From Eledone cirrhosa (lineage: Eukaryota), in NCBI GenBank assembly GCA_964016885.1, contig OZ024744.1:105400001-105464000 (forward strand): a stretch of DNA of 64,000 bases, given 5' to 3'. A program made the translations under genes and the position numbers. Shown one piece after another: positions 51,901 through 64,000 of the stretch (the stretch's first letter is position 1; each line of letters begins with the position of its first letter). The notes beneath the pieces were generated by a model, which had not been told where the DNA came from, ran no database searches, and worked only from the letters and a program-made list of their open reading frames with translations.

Positions 51901-54900
51901 GACTAGTCTGTGTCTACAGTTGTATGCCGTCTATGACTAGTCTGTGTCTACGGTTGTATGCCGTCTATGACTAGTCTGTGTCTACGGTTGTATGCCGTCT
52001 ATGACTATTCTGTGTCAACGGTTGTATGCTGTCTATGACTAGTCTGTGTGTACGGTTGTATGCAGTCTATGACTAGTCTGTGTCTACTGTTGTATGCCGT
52101 CTGTGACTAGTCTGTGTGTACGGTTGTATGCAGTCTATGACGAGTCTGTGTCTACGGTTGTATGCCGTCTATGGCTAGTCTGTGTGTACGGTTGTATGCC
52201 GTCTATGACTAGTCTGTGTCTACAGTTGTATGCCGTCTATGACTAGTCTGTGTCTACAGTTGTATGCCGTCTATGACTAGTCTGTGTCTACGGTTGTATG
52301 CCGTCTATGACTAGTCTGTGTCTACAGTTGTATGCCGTCTATGACTAGTTTGTGTCTACTGTTGTATACCGTCTATGACTAGTCTGTGTCTACGGTTGTA
52401 TGCAGTCTATGACTAGTCTGTGTCTACGGTTGTATGCCGTCTATGATTAGTCTGTGTCTACGGTTGTATGCCGTCTATGACTAGTCAGTGTCTACAGTTG
52501 TATGCCGTCTATGACTAGTCTGTGTCTTCGGTTGTAGGCCGTCTATGACTAGTCTGTCTACGGTTGTATGCCGTCTATGACTAGTCTGTGTCTACAGTTG
52601 TATGCCGTCTATGACTAGTCTGTGTCTACGGTTGTATGCCGTCTATGACTATTCTGTGTCTATGGTTGAATGCCGTCTATGACTAGTCTGTGTCTACGGT
52701 TGTATGCCGTTATGACTAGTCTGATCCACGGTTGTATGCCGTCTATGACTAGTCTGATCCACTGTTGTATGCCGTCTATGACTAGTCTGTGTCTACAGTT
52801 GTATACCGTCTATGACTTGTCTATGTCTACAGTTGTATGCCGTCTATCACTAGTCTGTGTCTACGGTTGTATGCCGTCTATGACTAGTCTGTGTCTACGG
52901 TTGTATGCCGTCTATGACTAGTCTGTGTCTACGGTTGTATGCTGTCTATGACTAGTCTGTGTCTACTGCTGTATGCAGTCTATGACTAGTCTGTGTCTAC
53001 GGTTGTATGCAGGCTATGACTAGTCTGTGTCTACGGTTGTATGCCGTCTATGACTAGTCTGTTTGTACGGTTGTATGCCGTCTATGACTAGTCTTTGTGT
53101 ACGGTTGTATGCCGTCTATGACTAGTCTGTGTGTACGGTTGAATGCCGTCTATGACTAGTCTGTGTCTACGGTTGTATGCCGTCTATGACTAGTCTGTGT
53201 GTACGGTTGTATGCCGTCTATGACTAGTCTGTGTCTACGGTTGTATGCCGTCTGTGACTAGTCTGATCCACGGTTGTATGCCGTCTATGACTAGTCTGAT
53301 CCACGGTTGTATGCCGTCTATGACTAGTCTGTGTCTACGCTTGTATGCAGTCTATGACTAGTCAGTGTCTACGGTTGTATGGCGTCTATGACTAGTCTGT
53401 GTCTACGGTTGTATGCCATATATGACTAGTCTGTGTCTACAGTTGTATGCCATCTATGACTAGTCTGTGTCAACAGTTGTATACTGTCTATGACTAGTCT
53501 GTGTCTACGGTTGTATGCCGTCTATGACTAGTCTGTGTTTACGGTTCTATGCCGTCTATGACTAGTCTGTGTGTACGGTTGTATGCCGTCTATGACTAGT
53601 CTGTGTGTACGGTTGTATGCCGTCTATGACTAGTCTGTGTGTACGGTTGTATGCCGTCTATGACTAGTCTGAGTCTACGGTTGTATGCCGTCTATGACTA
53701 GTCTGTGTGTACGGTTCTATGCCGGCTATGACTAGTCTGTGTCTAGGGTTGTATGCCGTCTATGACTAGTCTGTGTGTACGGTTGTATGCCGTCTATGAC
53801 TAGTCTGTGTATACGGTTGTATGCCGTCTATGACTAGTCTGTGTCTACGGTTGTATGCCGTCTATGACTAGTCTGTGTCTACAGTTGTATGCCGTCTATG
53901 ACTAGTCTGTGTCTACGGTTGTATGCCGTCTATGACTAGTCTGTGTCTACAGTTGTATGCCGTCTCTGACTAGTCTGTGTCTACGGTTGTATGCCGTCTA
54001 TGACTAGTCTGTGTCTACGGTTGTATTCCGTCTATGACTAGTCTGTGTCTACGGTTTATGCCGTCTATGACTAGTCTGTGTCTACGGTTGTATGCCATCT
54101 ATGACTAGTCTGTGTGTACGGTTGTATGCCGTCTATGACTAGTCTGTGTCTACGGTTGTATGCCGTCTATGACTAGTCTGTGTGTAATGTTGTATGCCGT
54201 CTATGACTAGTCTGTGTCTACGGTTGTATGCCGTCTATGACTAGTCTGTGTCTACGCTTGTATGCCGTCTATGACTAGAATGTGTCTACGGCTGTATGCC
54301 ATCTATGACTAGTCTGTGTCTACTGTTGTATGCAGTCTATGACTAGTCTGTGTCTACGGTTGTATGCCGTCTATGACTAGTCTGTGTCTACGGTTGTATG
54401 CTGTCTATGACTAGTCTGTGTCTACGGTTGTATGCCGTCTATGACTAGTCTGTGTCTACGGTTGTATGCCGTCTATGACTAGTCTGTGTCTACGGTTGTA
54501 TGCCGTCTATGTCTAGTCTGAGTCTACGGTTGTAGGCAGTCTATGACTAGTCTGTGTGTACGGTTGTATGCCGTCTATGACTAGTCTGTGTCTACGGTTG
54601 TATGCCGTCTATGACTAGTGTGTGTCTACAGTTGTATGCCGTCTATGACTAGTCTGTGTCTACAGTTGTATGCCGTCTATGACTAGTCTGTGTCTACGGT
54701 TGTATGCCGTCTATGACTAGTCTGTGTCTACGGTTGTATGCCGTCTATGACTATTCTGTGTCAACGGTTGTATGCTGTCTATGACTAGTCTGTGTGTACG
54801 GTTGTATGCAGTCTATGACTAGTCTGTGTCTACTGTTGTATGCCGTCTGTGACTAGTCTGTGTGTACGGTTGTATGCAGTCTATGACTAGTCTGTGTCTA

Positions 54901-57900
54901 CGGTTGTATGCCGTCTATGGCTAGTCTGTGTGTACGGTTGTATGCCGTCTATGACTAGTCTGTGTCTACAGTTGTATGCCGTCTATGACTAGTCTGTGTC
55001 TACAGTTGTATGCCGTCTATGACTAGTCTGTGTCTACGGTTGTATGCCGTCTATGACTAGTCTGTGTCTACAGTTGTATGCCGTCTATGACTAGTTTGTG
55101 TCTACTGTTGTATACCGTCTATGACTAGTCTGTGTCTACGGTTGTATGCAGTCTATGACTAGTCTGTGTCTACGGTTGTATGCCGTCTATGATTAGTCTG
55201 TGTCTACGGTTGTATGCCGTCTATGACTAGTCAGTGTCTACAGTTGTATGCCGTCTATGACTAGTCTGTGTCTTCGGTTGTATGCCGTCTATGACTAGTC
55301 TGTCTACGGTTGTATGCCGTCTATGACTAGTCTGTGTCTACAGTTGTATGTCGTCTATGACTAGTCTGTGTCTACGGTTGTATGCCGTCTATGACTATTC
55401 TGTGTCTATGGTTGAATGCCGTCTATGACTAGTCTGTGTCTACGGTTGTATGCCGTTATGACTAGTCTGATCCACGGTTGTATGCTGTCTATGACTAGTC
55501 TGATCCACTGTTGTATGCCGTCTATGACTAGTCTGTGTCTTCAGTTGTGTGCCGTTTATGAGTAGTCTGTGTGTACGGTTGTATGCCGTCTATGACTAGT
55601 CTGTGTCTACGGTTGTATGCCGTCTATGACTAGTCTGTGTCTACGGTTGTATGCCGTCTATGACTAGTCTGTGTCTACGGTTGTATGCAGTCTATGACTA
55701 GTCTGTGTGTTCGGTTGTATGCCGTCTATGACTAGTCTGAATCTACGGTTGTATGCAGTCTATGACTAGTCTGTGTCTACAGTTGTATGCCGTTTATGAC
55801 TAGTCTGTGTGTACGGTTGTATGCCGTCTATGACTAGTTTGTGTCTACAGTTGTATGCCGTCTATGACTAGTCTGTGTCTACAGTTGTATACCGTCTATG
55901 ACTTGTCTATGTCTACAGTTGTATGCCGTCTATCACTAGTCTGTGTCTACGGTTGTATGCCGTCTATGACTAGTCTGTGTCTACGGTTGTATGCCGTCTA
56001 TGACTAGTCTGTGTCTACGGTTGTATGCTGTCTATGACTAGTCTGTGTCTACTGCTGTATGCAGTCTATGACTAGTCTGTGTCTACGGTTGTATGCAGGC
56101 TATGACTAGTCTGTGTCTACGGTTGTATGCCGTCTATGACTAGTCTGTTTGTACGGTTGTATGCCGTCTATGACTAGTCTTTGTGTACGGTTGTATGCCG
56201 TCTATGACTAGTCTGTGTGTACGGTTGAATGCCGTCTATGACTAGTCTGTGTCTACGGTTGTATGCCGTCTATGACTAGTCTGTGTGTACGGTTGTATGC
56301 CGTCTATGACTAGTCTGTGTCTACGGTTGTATGCCGTCTATGACTACTCTGTGTCTACAGTTGTATGCCGTCTATGACTAGTCTGTGTCTACGGTTGTAT
56401 GCCGTCTATGACTAGTCTGTGTCTACAGTTGTATGCCGTCTCTGACTAGTCTGTGTCTACGGTTGTATGCCGTCTATGACTAGTCTGTGTCTACGGTTGT
56501 ATTCCGTCTATGACTAGTCTGTGTCTACGGTTTATGCCGTCTATGACTAGTCTGTGTCTACGGTTGTATGCCATCTATGACTAGTCTGTGTGTACGGTTG
56601 TATGCCGTCTATGACTAGTCTGTGTCTACGGTTGTATGCCGTCTATGACTAGTCTGTGTGTAATGTTGTATGCCGTCTATGACTAGTCTGTGTCTACGGT
56701 TGTATGCCGTCTATGACTAGTCTGTGTCTACGCTTGTATGCCGTCTATGACTAGAATGTGTCTACGGCTGTATGCCATCTATGACTAGTCTGTGTGTAAT
56801 GTTGTATGCCGTCTATGACTAGTCTGTGTCTACGCTTGTATGCCGTCTATGACTAGTCTGTGTGTACGGTTGTATGCCGTCTATGACTAGTCTGTGTCTA
56901 CGGTTGTATGCCGTCTATGACTTGTCTGTGTCTACGGTTGTATGCCCTCTTTGACTAGTCTGTGTCTACGGTTGTATGCCGTCTATGACTAGTCTGTGTC
57001 TACTGTTGTATGCAGTCTATGACTAGTCTGTGTCTACGGTTGTATGCCGTCTATGACTAGTCTGTGTCTACGGTTGTATGCTGTCTATGACTAGTCTGTG
57101 TCTACGGTTGTATGCCGTCTATGACTAGTCTGTGTCTACGGTTGTATGCCGTCTATGACTAGTCTGTGTCTACGGTTGTATGCCGTCTATGTCTAGTCTG
57201 AGTCTACGGTTGTAGGCAGTCTATGACTAGTCTGTGTCTACGGTTGTATGCCGTCTATGACTAGTCTGTGTCTACGGTTGTATGCCGTCTATGACTAGTG
57301 TGTGTCTACAGTTGTATGCCGTCTATGACTAGTCTGTGTCTACGGTTGTATGCCGTCTATGACTAGTCTGTGTCTACAGTTGTATGCCGTCTCTGACTAG
57401 TCTGTGTCTACGGTTGTATGCCGTCTATGACTAGTCTGTGTCTACGGTTGTATTCCGTCTATGACTAGTCTGTGTCTACGGTTTATGCCGTCTATGACTA
57501 GTCTGTGTCTACGGTTGTATGCCATCTATGACTAGTCTGTGTGTACGGTTGTATGCCGTCTATGACTAGTCTGTGTCTACGGTTGTATGCCGTCTATGAC
57601 TAGTCTGTGTGTAATGTTGTATGCCGTCTATGACTAGTCTGTGTCTACGGTTGTATGCCGTCTATGACTAGTCTGTGTCTACGCTTGAATGCCGTCTATG
57701 ACTAGAATGTGTCTACGGCTGTATGCCATCTATGACTAGTCTGTGTGTAATGTTGTATGCCGTCTATGACTAGTCTGTGTCTACGCTTGTATGCCGTCTA
57801 TGACTAGTCTGTGTGTACGGTTGTATGCCGTCTATGACTAGTCTGTGTCTACGGTTGTATGCCGTCTATGACTTGTCTGTGTCTACGGTTGTATGCCCTC

Positions 57901-60900
57901 TTTGACTAGTCTGTGTCTACGGTTGTATGCCGTCTATGACTAGTCTGTGTCTACTGTTGTATGCAGTCTATGACTAGTCTGTGTCTACGGTTGTATGCCG
58001 TCTATGACTAGTCTGTGTCTACGGTTGTATGCTGTCTATGACTAGTCTGTGTCTACGGTTGTATGCCGTCTATGACTAGTCTGTGTCTACGGTTGTATGC
58101 CGTCTATGACTAGTCTGTGTCTACGGTTGTATGCCGTCTATGTCTAGTCTGAGTCTACGGTTGTAGGCAGTCTATGACTAGTCTGTGTCTACGGTTGTAT
58201 GCCGTCTATGACTAGTCTGTGTCTACGGTTGTATGCCGTCTATGACTAGTGTGTGTCTACAGTTGTATGCCGTCTATGACTAGTCTGTGTCTACAGTTGT
58301 ATGCCGTCTATGACTAGTCTGTGTCTAGGGTTGTATGCCGTCTATGACTAGTCTGTGTCTACGGTTGTATGCCGTCTATGACTATTCTGTGTCAACGGTT
58401 GTATGCTGTCTATGACTAGTCTGTGTGTACGGTTGTATGCAGTCTATGACTAGTCTGTGTCTACTGTTGTATGCCGTCTGTGACTAGTCTGTGTGTACGG
58501 TTGTATGCAGTCTATGACTAGTCTGTGTCTACGGTTGTATGCCGTCTATGGCTAGTCTGTGTGTACGGTTGTATGCCGTCTATGACTAGTCTGTGTCTAC
58601 AGTTGTATGCCGTCTATGACTAGTCTGTGTCTACAGTTGTATGCCGTCTATGACTAGTCTGTGTCTACGGTTGTATGCCGTCTATGACTAGTCTGTGTCT
58701 ACAGTTGTATGCCGTCTATGACTAGTTTGTGTCTACTGTTGTATACCGTCTATGACTAGTCTGTGTCTACGGTTGTATGCAGTCTATGACTAGTCTGTGT
58801 CTACGGTTGTATGCCGTCTATGATTAGTCTGTGTCTACGGTTGTATGCCGTCTATGACTAGTCAGTGTCTACAGTTGTATGCCGTCTATGACTAGTCTGT
58901 GTCTTCGGTTGTATGCCGTCTATGACTAGTCTGTCTACGGTTGTATGCCGTCTATGACTAGTCTGTGTCTACAGTTGTATGCCGTCTATGACTAGTCTGT
59001 GTCTACGGTTGTATGCCGTCTATGACTATTCTGTGTCTATGGTTGAATGCCGTCTATGACTAGTCTGTGTCTACGGTTGTATGCCGTTATGACTAGTCTG
59101 ATCCACGGTTGTATGCCGTCTATGACTAGTCTGATCCACTGTTGTATGCCGTCTATGACTAGTCTGTGTCTTCAGTTGTATGCCGTTCATGAGTAGTCTG
59201 TGTGTACGGTTGTATGCCGTCTATGACTAGTCTGTGTCTACGGTTGTATGCCGTCTATGACTAGTCTGTGTCTACGGTTGTATGCCGTCTATGACTAGTC
59301 TGTGTCTACGGTTGTATGCAGTCTATGACTAGTCTGTGTGTTCGGTTGTATGCCGTCTATGACTAGTCTGAATCTACGGTTGTATGCAGTATATGACTAG
59401 TCTGTGTCTACAGTTGTATGCCGTTTATGACTAGTCTGTGTGTACGGTTGTATGCCGTCTATGACTAGTTTGTGTCTACAGTTGTATGCCGTCTATGACT
59501 AGTCTGTGTCTACAGTTGTATACCGTCTATGACTTGTCTATGTCTACAGTTGTATGCCGTCTATCACTAGTCTGTGTCTACGGTTGTATGCCGTCTATGA
59601 CTAGTCTGTGTCTACGGTTGTATGCCGTCTATGACTAGTCTGTGTCTACGGTTGTATGCTGTCTATGACTAGTCTGTGTCTACTGCTGTATGCAGTCTAT
59701 GACTAGTCTGTGTCTACGGTTGTATGCAGGCTATGACTAGTCTGTGTCTACGGTTGTATGCCGTCTATGACTAGTCTGTTTGTACGGTTGTATGCCGTCT
59801 ATGACTAGTCTTTGTGTACGGTTGTATGCCGTCTATGACTAGTCTGTGTGTACGGTTGAATGCCGTCTATGACTAGTCTGTGTCTACGGTTGTATGCCGT
59901 CTATGACTAGTCTGTGTGTACGGTTGTATGCCGTCTATGACTAGTCTGTGTCTACGGTTGTATGCCGTCTATGACTACTCTGTGTCTACAGTTGTATGCC
60001 GTCTATGACTAGTCTGTGTCTACGGTTGTATGCCGTCTATGACTAGTCTGTGTCTACAGTTGTATGCCGTCTCTGACTAGTCTGTGTCTACGGTTGTATG
60101 CCGTCTATGACTAGTCTGTGTCTACGGTTGTATTCCGTCTATGACTAGTCTGTGTCTACGGTTTATGCCGTCTATGACTAGTCTGTGTCTACGGTTGTAT
60201 GCCATCTATGACTAGTCTGTGTGTACGGTTGTATGCCGTCTATGACTAGTCTGTGTCTACGGTTGTATGCCGTCTATGACTAGTCTGTGTGTAATGTTGT
60301 ATGCCGTCTATGACTAGTCTGTGTCTACGGTTGTATGCCGTCTATGACTAGTCTGTGTCTACGCTTGTATGCCGTCTATGACTAGAATGTGTCTACGGCT
60401 GTATGCCATCTATGACTAGTCTGTGTGTAATGTTGTATGCCGTCTATGACTAGTCTGTGTCTACGCTTGTATGCCGTCTATGACTAGTCTGTGTGTACGG
60501 TTGTATGCCGTCTATGACTAGTCTGTGTCTACGGTTGTATGCCGTCTATGACTTGTCTGTGTCTACGGTTGTATGCCCTCTTTGACTAGTCTGTGTCTAC
60601 GGTTGTATGCCGTCTATGACTAGTCTGTGTCTACTGTTGTATGCAGTCTATGACTAGTCTGTGTCTACGGTTGTATGCCGTCTATGACTAGTCTGTGTCT
60701 ACGGTTGTATGCTGTCTATGACTAGTCTGTGTCTACGGTTGTATGCCGTCTATGACTAGTCTGTGTCTACGGTTGTATGCCGTCTATGACTAGTCTGTGT
60801 CTACGGTTGTATGCCGTCTATGTCTAGTCTGAGTCTACGGTTGTAGGCAGTCTATGACTAGTCTGTGTCTACGGTTGTATGCCGTCTATGACTAGTCTGT

Positions 60901-63900
60901 GTCTACGGTTGTATGCCGTCTATGACTAGTGTGTGTCTACAGTTGTATGCCGTCTATGACTAGTCTGTGTCTACGGTTGTATGCCGTCTATGACTAGTCT
61001 GTGTCTACAGTTGTATGCCGTCTCTGACTAGTCTGTGTCTACGGTTGTATGCCGTCTATGACTAGTCTGTGTCTACGGTTGTATTCCGTCTATGACTAGT
61101 CTGTGTCTACGGTTTATGCCGTCTATGACTAGTCTGTGTCTACGGTTGTATGCCATCTATGACTAGTCTGTGTGTACGGTTGTATGCCGTCTATGACTAG
61201 TCTGTGTCTACGGTTGTATGCCGTCTATGACTAGTCTGTGTGTAATGTTGTATGCCGTCTATGACTAGTCTGTGTCTACGGTTGTATGCCGTCTATGACT
61301 AGTCTGTGTCTACGCTTGAATGCCGTCTATGACTAGAATGTGTCTACGGCTGTATGCCATCTATGACTAGTCTGTGTGTAATGTTGTATGCCGTCTATGA
61401 CTAGTCTGTGTCTACGCTTGTATGCCGTCTATGACTAGTCTGTGTGTACGGTTGTATGCCGTCTATGACTAGTCTTTGTCTACGGTTGTATGCCGTCTAT
61501 GACTTGTCTGTGTCTACGGTTGTATGCCCTCTTTGACTAGTCTGTGTCTACGGTTGTATGCCGTCTATGACTAGTCTGTGTCTACTGTTGTATGCAGTCT
61601 ATGACTAGTCTGTGTCTACGGTTGTATGCCGTCTATGACTAGTCTGTGTCTACGGTTGTATGCTGTCTATGACTAGTCTGTGTCTACGGTTGTATGCCGT
61701 CTATGACTAGTCTGTGTCTACGGTTGTATGCCGTCTATGACTAGTCTGTGTCTACGGTTGTATGCCGTCTATGTCTAGTCTGAGTCTACGGTTGTAGGCA
61801 GTCTATGACTAGTCTGTGTCTACGGTTGTATGCCGTCTATGACTAGTCTGTGTCTACGGTTGTATGCCGTCTATGACTAGTGTGTGTCTACAGTTGTATG
61901 CCGTCTATGACTAGTCTGTGTCTACAGTTGTATGCCGTCTATGACTAGTCTGTGTCTAGGGTTGTATGCCGTCTATGACTAGTCTGTGTCTACGGTTGTA
62001 TGCCGTCTATGACTATTCTGTGTCAACGGTTGTATGCTGTCTATGACTAGTCTGTGTGTACGGTTGTATGCAGTCTATGACTAGTCTGTGTCTACTGTTG
62101 TATGCCGTCTGTGACTAGTCTGTGTGTACGGTTGTATGCAGTCTATGACTAGTCTGTGTCTACGGTTGTATGCCGTCTATGGCTAGTCTGTGTGTACGGT
62201 TGTATGCCGTCTATGACTAGTCTGTGTCTACAGTTGTATGCCGTCTATGACTAGTCTGTGTCTACAGTTGTATGCCGTCTATGACTAGTCTGTGTCTACG
62301 GTTGTATGCCGTCTATGACTAGTCTGTGTCTACAGTTGTATGCCGTCTATGACTAGTTTGTGTCTACTGTTGTATACCGTCTATGACTAGTCTGTGTCTA
62401 CGGTTGTATGCAGTCTATGACTAGTCTGTGTCTACGGTTGTATGCCGTCTATGATTAGTCTGTGTCTACGGTTGTATGCCGTCTATGACTAGTCAGTGTC
62501 TACAGTTGTATGCCGTCTATGACTAGTCTGTGTCTTCGGTTGTATGCCGTCTATGACTAGTCTGTCTACGGTTGTATGCCGTCTATGACTAGTCTGTGTC
62601 TACAGTTGTATGGCGTCTATGACTAGTCTGTGTCTACGGTTGTATGCCGTCTATGACTATTCTGTGTCTATGGTTGAATGCCGTCTATGACTAGTCTGTG
62701 TCTACGGTTGTATGCCGTTATGACTAGTCTGATCCACGGTTGTATGCCGTCTATGACTAGTCTGATCCACTGTTGTATGCCGTCTATGACTAGTCTGTGT
62801 CTTCAGTTGTATGCCGTTCATGAGTAGTCTGTGTGTACGGTTGTATGCCGTCTATGACTAGTCTGTGTCTACGGTTGTATGCCGTCTATGACTAGTCTGT
62901 GTCTACGGTTGTATGCCGTCTATGACTAGTCTGTGTCTACGGTTGTATGCAGTCTATGACTAGTCTGTGTGTTCGGTTGTATGCCGTCTATGACTAGTCT
63001 GAATCTACGGTTGTATGCAGTCTATGACTAGTCTGTGTCTACAGTTGTATGCCGTTTATGACTAGTCTGTGTGTACGGTTGTATGCCGTCTATGACTAGT
63101 TTGTGTCTACAGTTGTATGCCGTCTATGACTAGTCTGTGTCTACAGTTGTATACCGTCTATGACTTGTCTATGTCTACAGTTGTATGCCGTCTATCACTA
63201 GTCTGTGTCTACGGTTGTATGCCGTCTATGACTAGTCTGTGTCTACGGTTGTATGCCGTCTATGACTAGTCTGTGTCTACGGTTGTATGCTGTCTATGAC
63301 TAGTCTGTGTCTACTGCTGTATGCAGTCTATGACTAGTCTGTGTCTACGGTTGTATGCAGGCTATGACTAGTCTGTGTCTACGGTTGTATGCCGTCTATG
63401 ACTAGTCTGTTTGTACGGTTGTATGCCGTCTATGACTAGTCTTTGTGTACGGTTGTATGCCGTCTATGACTAGTCTGTGTGTACGGTTGAATGCCGTCTA
63501 TGACTAGTCTGTGTCTACGGTTGTATGCCGTCTATGACTAGTCTGTGTGTACGGTTGTATGCCGTCTATGACTAGTCTGTGTCTACGGTTGTATGCCGTC
63601 TGTGACTAGTCTGATCCACGGTTGTATGCCGTCTATGACTAGTCTGATCCACGGTTGTATGCCGTCTATGACTAGTCTGTGTCTACGGTTGTATGCAGTC
63701 TATGACTAGTCAGTGTCTACGGTTGTATGGCGTCTATGACTAGTCTGTGTCTACGGTTGTATGCCATATATGACTAGTCTGTGTCTACAGTTGTATGCCA
63801 TCTATGACTAGTCTGTGTCAACAGTTGTATACTGTCTATGACTAGTCTGTGTCTACGGTTGTATGCCGTCTATGACTAGTCTGTGTGTACGGTTCTATGC

Positions 63901-64000
63901 CGTCTATGACTAGTCTGTGTGTGCGGTTGTATGCCGTCTATGACTAGTCTGTGTGTACGGTTGTATGCCGTCTATGACTAGTCTGTGTGTACGGTTGTAT
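45851..64000. repeat. Long-range copy of ~7431-22500 (offset 38420, then 38080, then 37876, plus an internal 3631-bp duplication)
   Basis: Shared rare markers: ATTCAGTATAAG 7731/46151, GACGAGT 13719/52139, TATGACTTGT 14731/52811, GACTACTCT 18466/56342, TCATGAG 21311/59187. Confidence 0.92.
56342..63603. repeat. Tandem duplication, period 3631 bp (107 monomers)
   Basis: GACTACTCT at 56342/59973 and TCATGAG at 59187/62818. 3631 = 107x34 - 7, matching the counted indels. Confidence 0.92.

Larger units (their letters stand above)
1..64000. repeat. 34-bp tandem satellite array, consensus GACTAGTCTGTGTCTACGGTTGTATGCCGTCTAT, ~1,880 monomers
   Basis: The monomer recurs head-to-tail on every line from base 1 to base 64000. 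Most copies carry 0-2 substitutions, with occasional 32-33 bp indel variants. No inversion or non-repeat insertion seen. Confidence 0.99.

Noticed and set aside
52670-52921. 83-aa ORF MPSMTSLCLRLYAV... from the ORF track
   Set aside because: It is a translation of the satellite. The TGA/TAG stops in TGACTAG are bypassed only because three 33-bp monomers hold the frame, the local 340-bp deletion joins them to GACTTG and TCAC variants, and those variants remove stops. There is no unique sequence or gene context.
1-64000. CRISPR array (34-bp repeat with a palindrome)
   Set aside because: The repeats are directly adjacent with no unique spacers, no leader and no cas genes.
1-64000. Rolling-circle or PCR concatemer, synthetic construct, or sequencing noise as the source
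   Set aside because: Variants recur in conserved order across copies tens of kb apart, with nested private SNPs, which random error or single-template amplification would not produce. Local misassembly of individual blocks is still possible.
1-64000. Long repetitive protein-coding gene on either strand
   Set aside because: The 34-bp unit shifts frame every monomer and contains TGA and TAG on the + strand and three TAGs on the - strand, so all frames close within a few monomers.
1-64000. Variant pattern as a functional code or diversity-generating cassette system
   Set aside because: Point mutation plus in-register duplication and deletion explains the pattern. No recombinase, reverse transcriptase, expression site or target gene is present in the window.

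Overview
The whole 64-kb window is one uninterrupted head-to-tail tandem array of a 34-bp monomer, consensus GACTAGTCTGTGTCTACGGTTGTATGCCGTCTAT (16/34 GC, roughly 1,880 copies, single orientation, both array ends outside the window). I see no genes, RNA genes, mobile elements, CRISPR spacers or unique sequence, and the single ORF in the track is a by-product of repeat indels. The real structure is in the variant monomers, which act as a barcode. They reveal nested multi-scale duplications: periods of 3, 15, 26, 28, 79, 97, 104, 107 and 228 monomers, a ~10.7-kb tandem duplication, and a ~38-kb-offset copy edited by whole-monomer deletions. This looks like eukaryotic satellite DNA evolving by unequal exchange (inference). 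Neither the organism nor the satellite family can be identified from the sequence alone, and I find no support for a new protein-coding system. Offsets were counted by hand from marker variants, so block boundaries are approximate to about one monomer.
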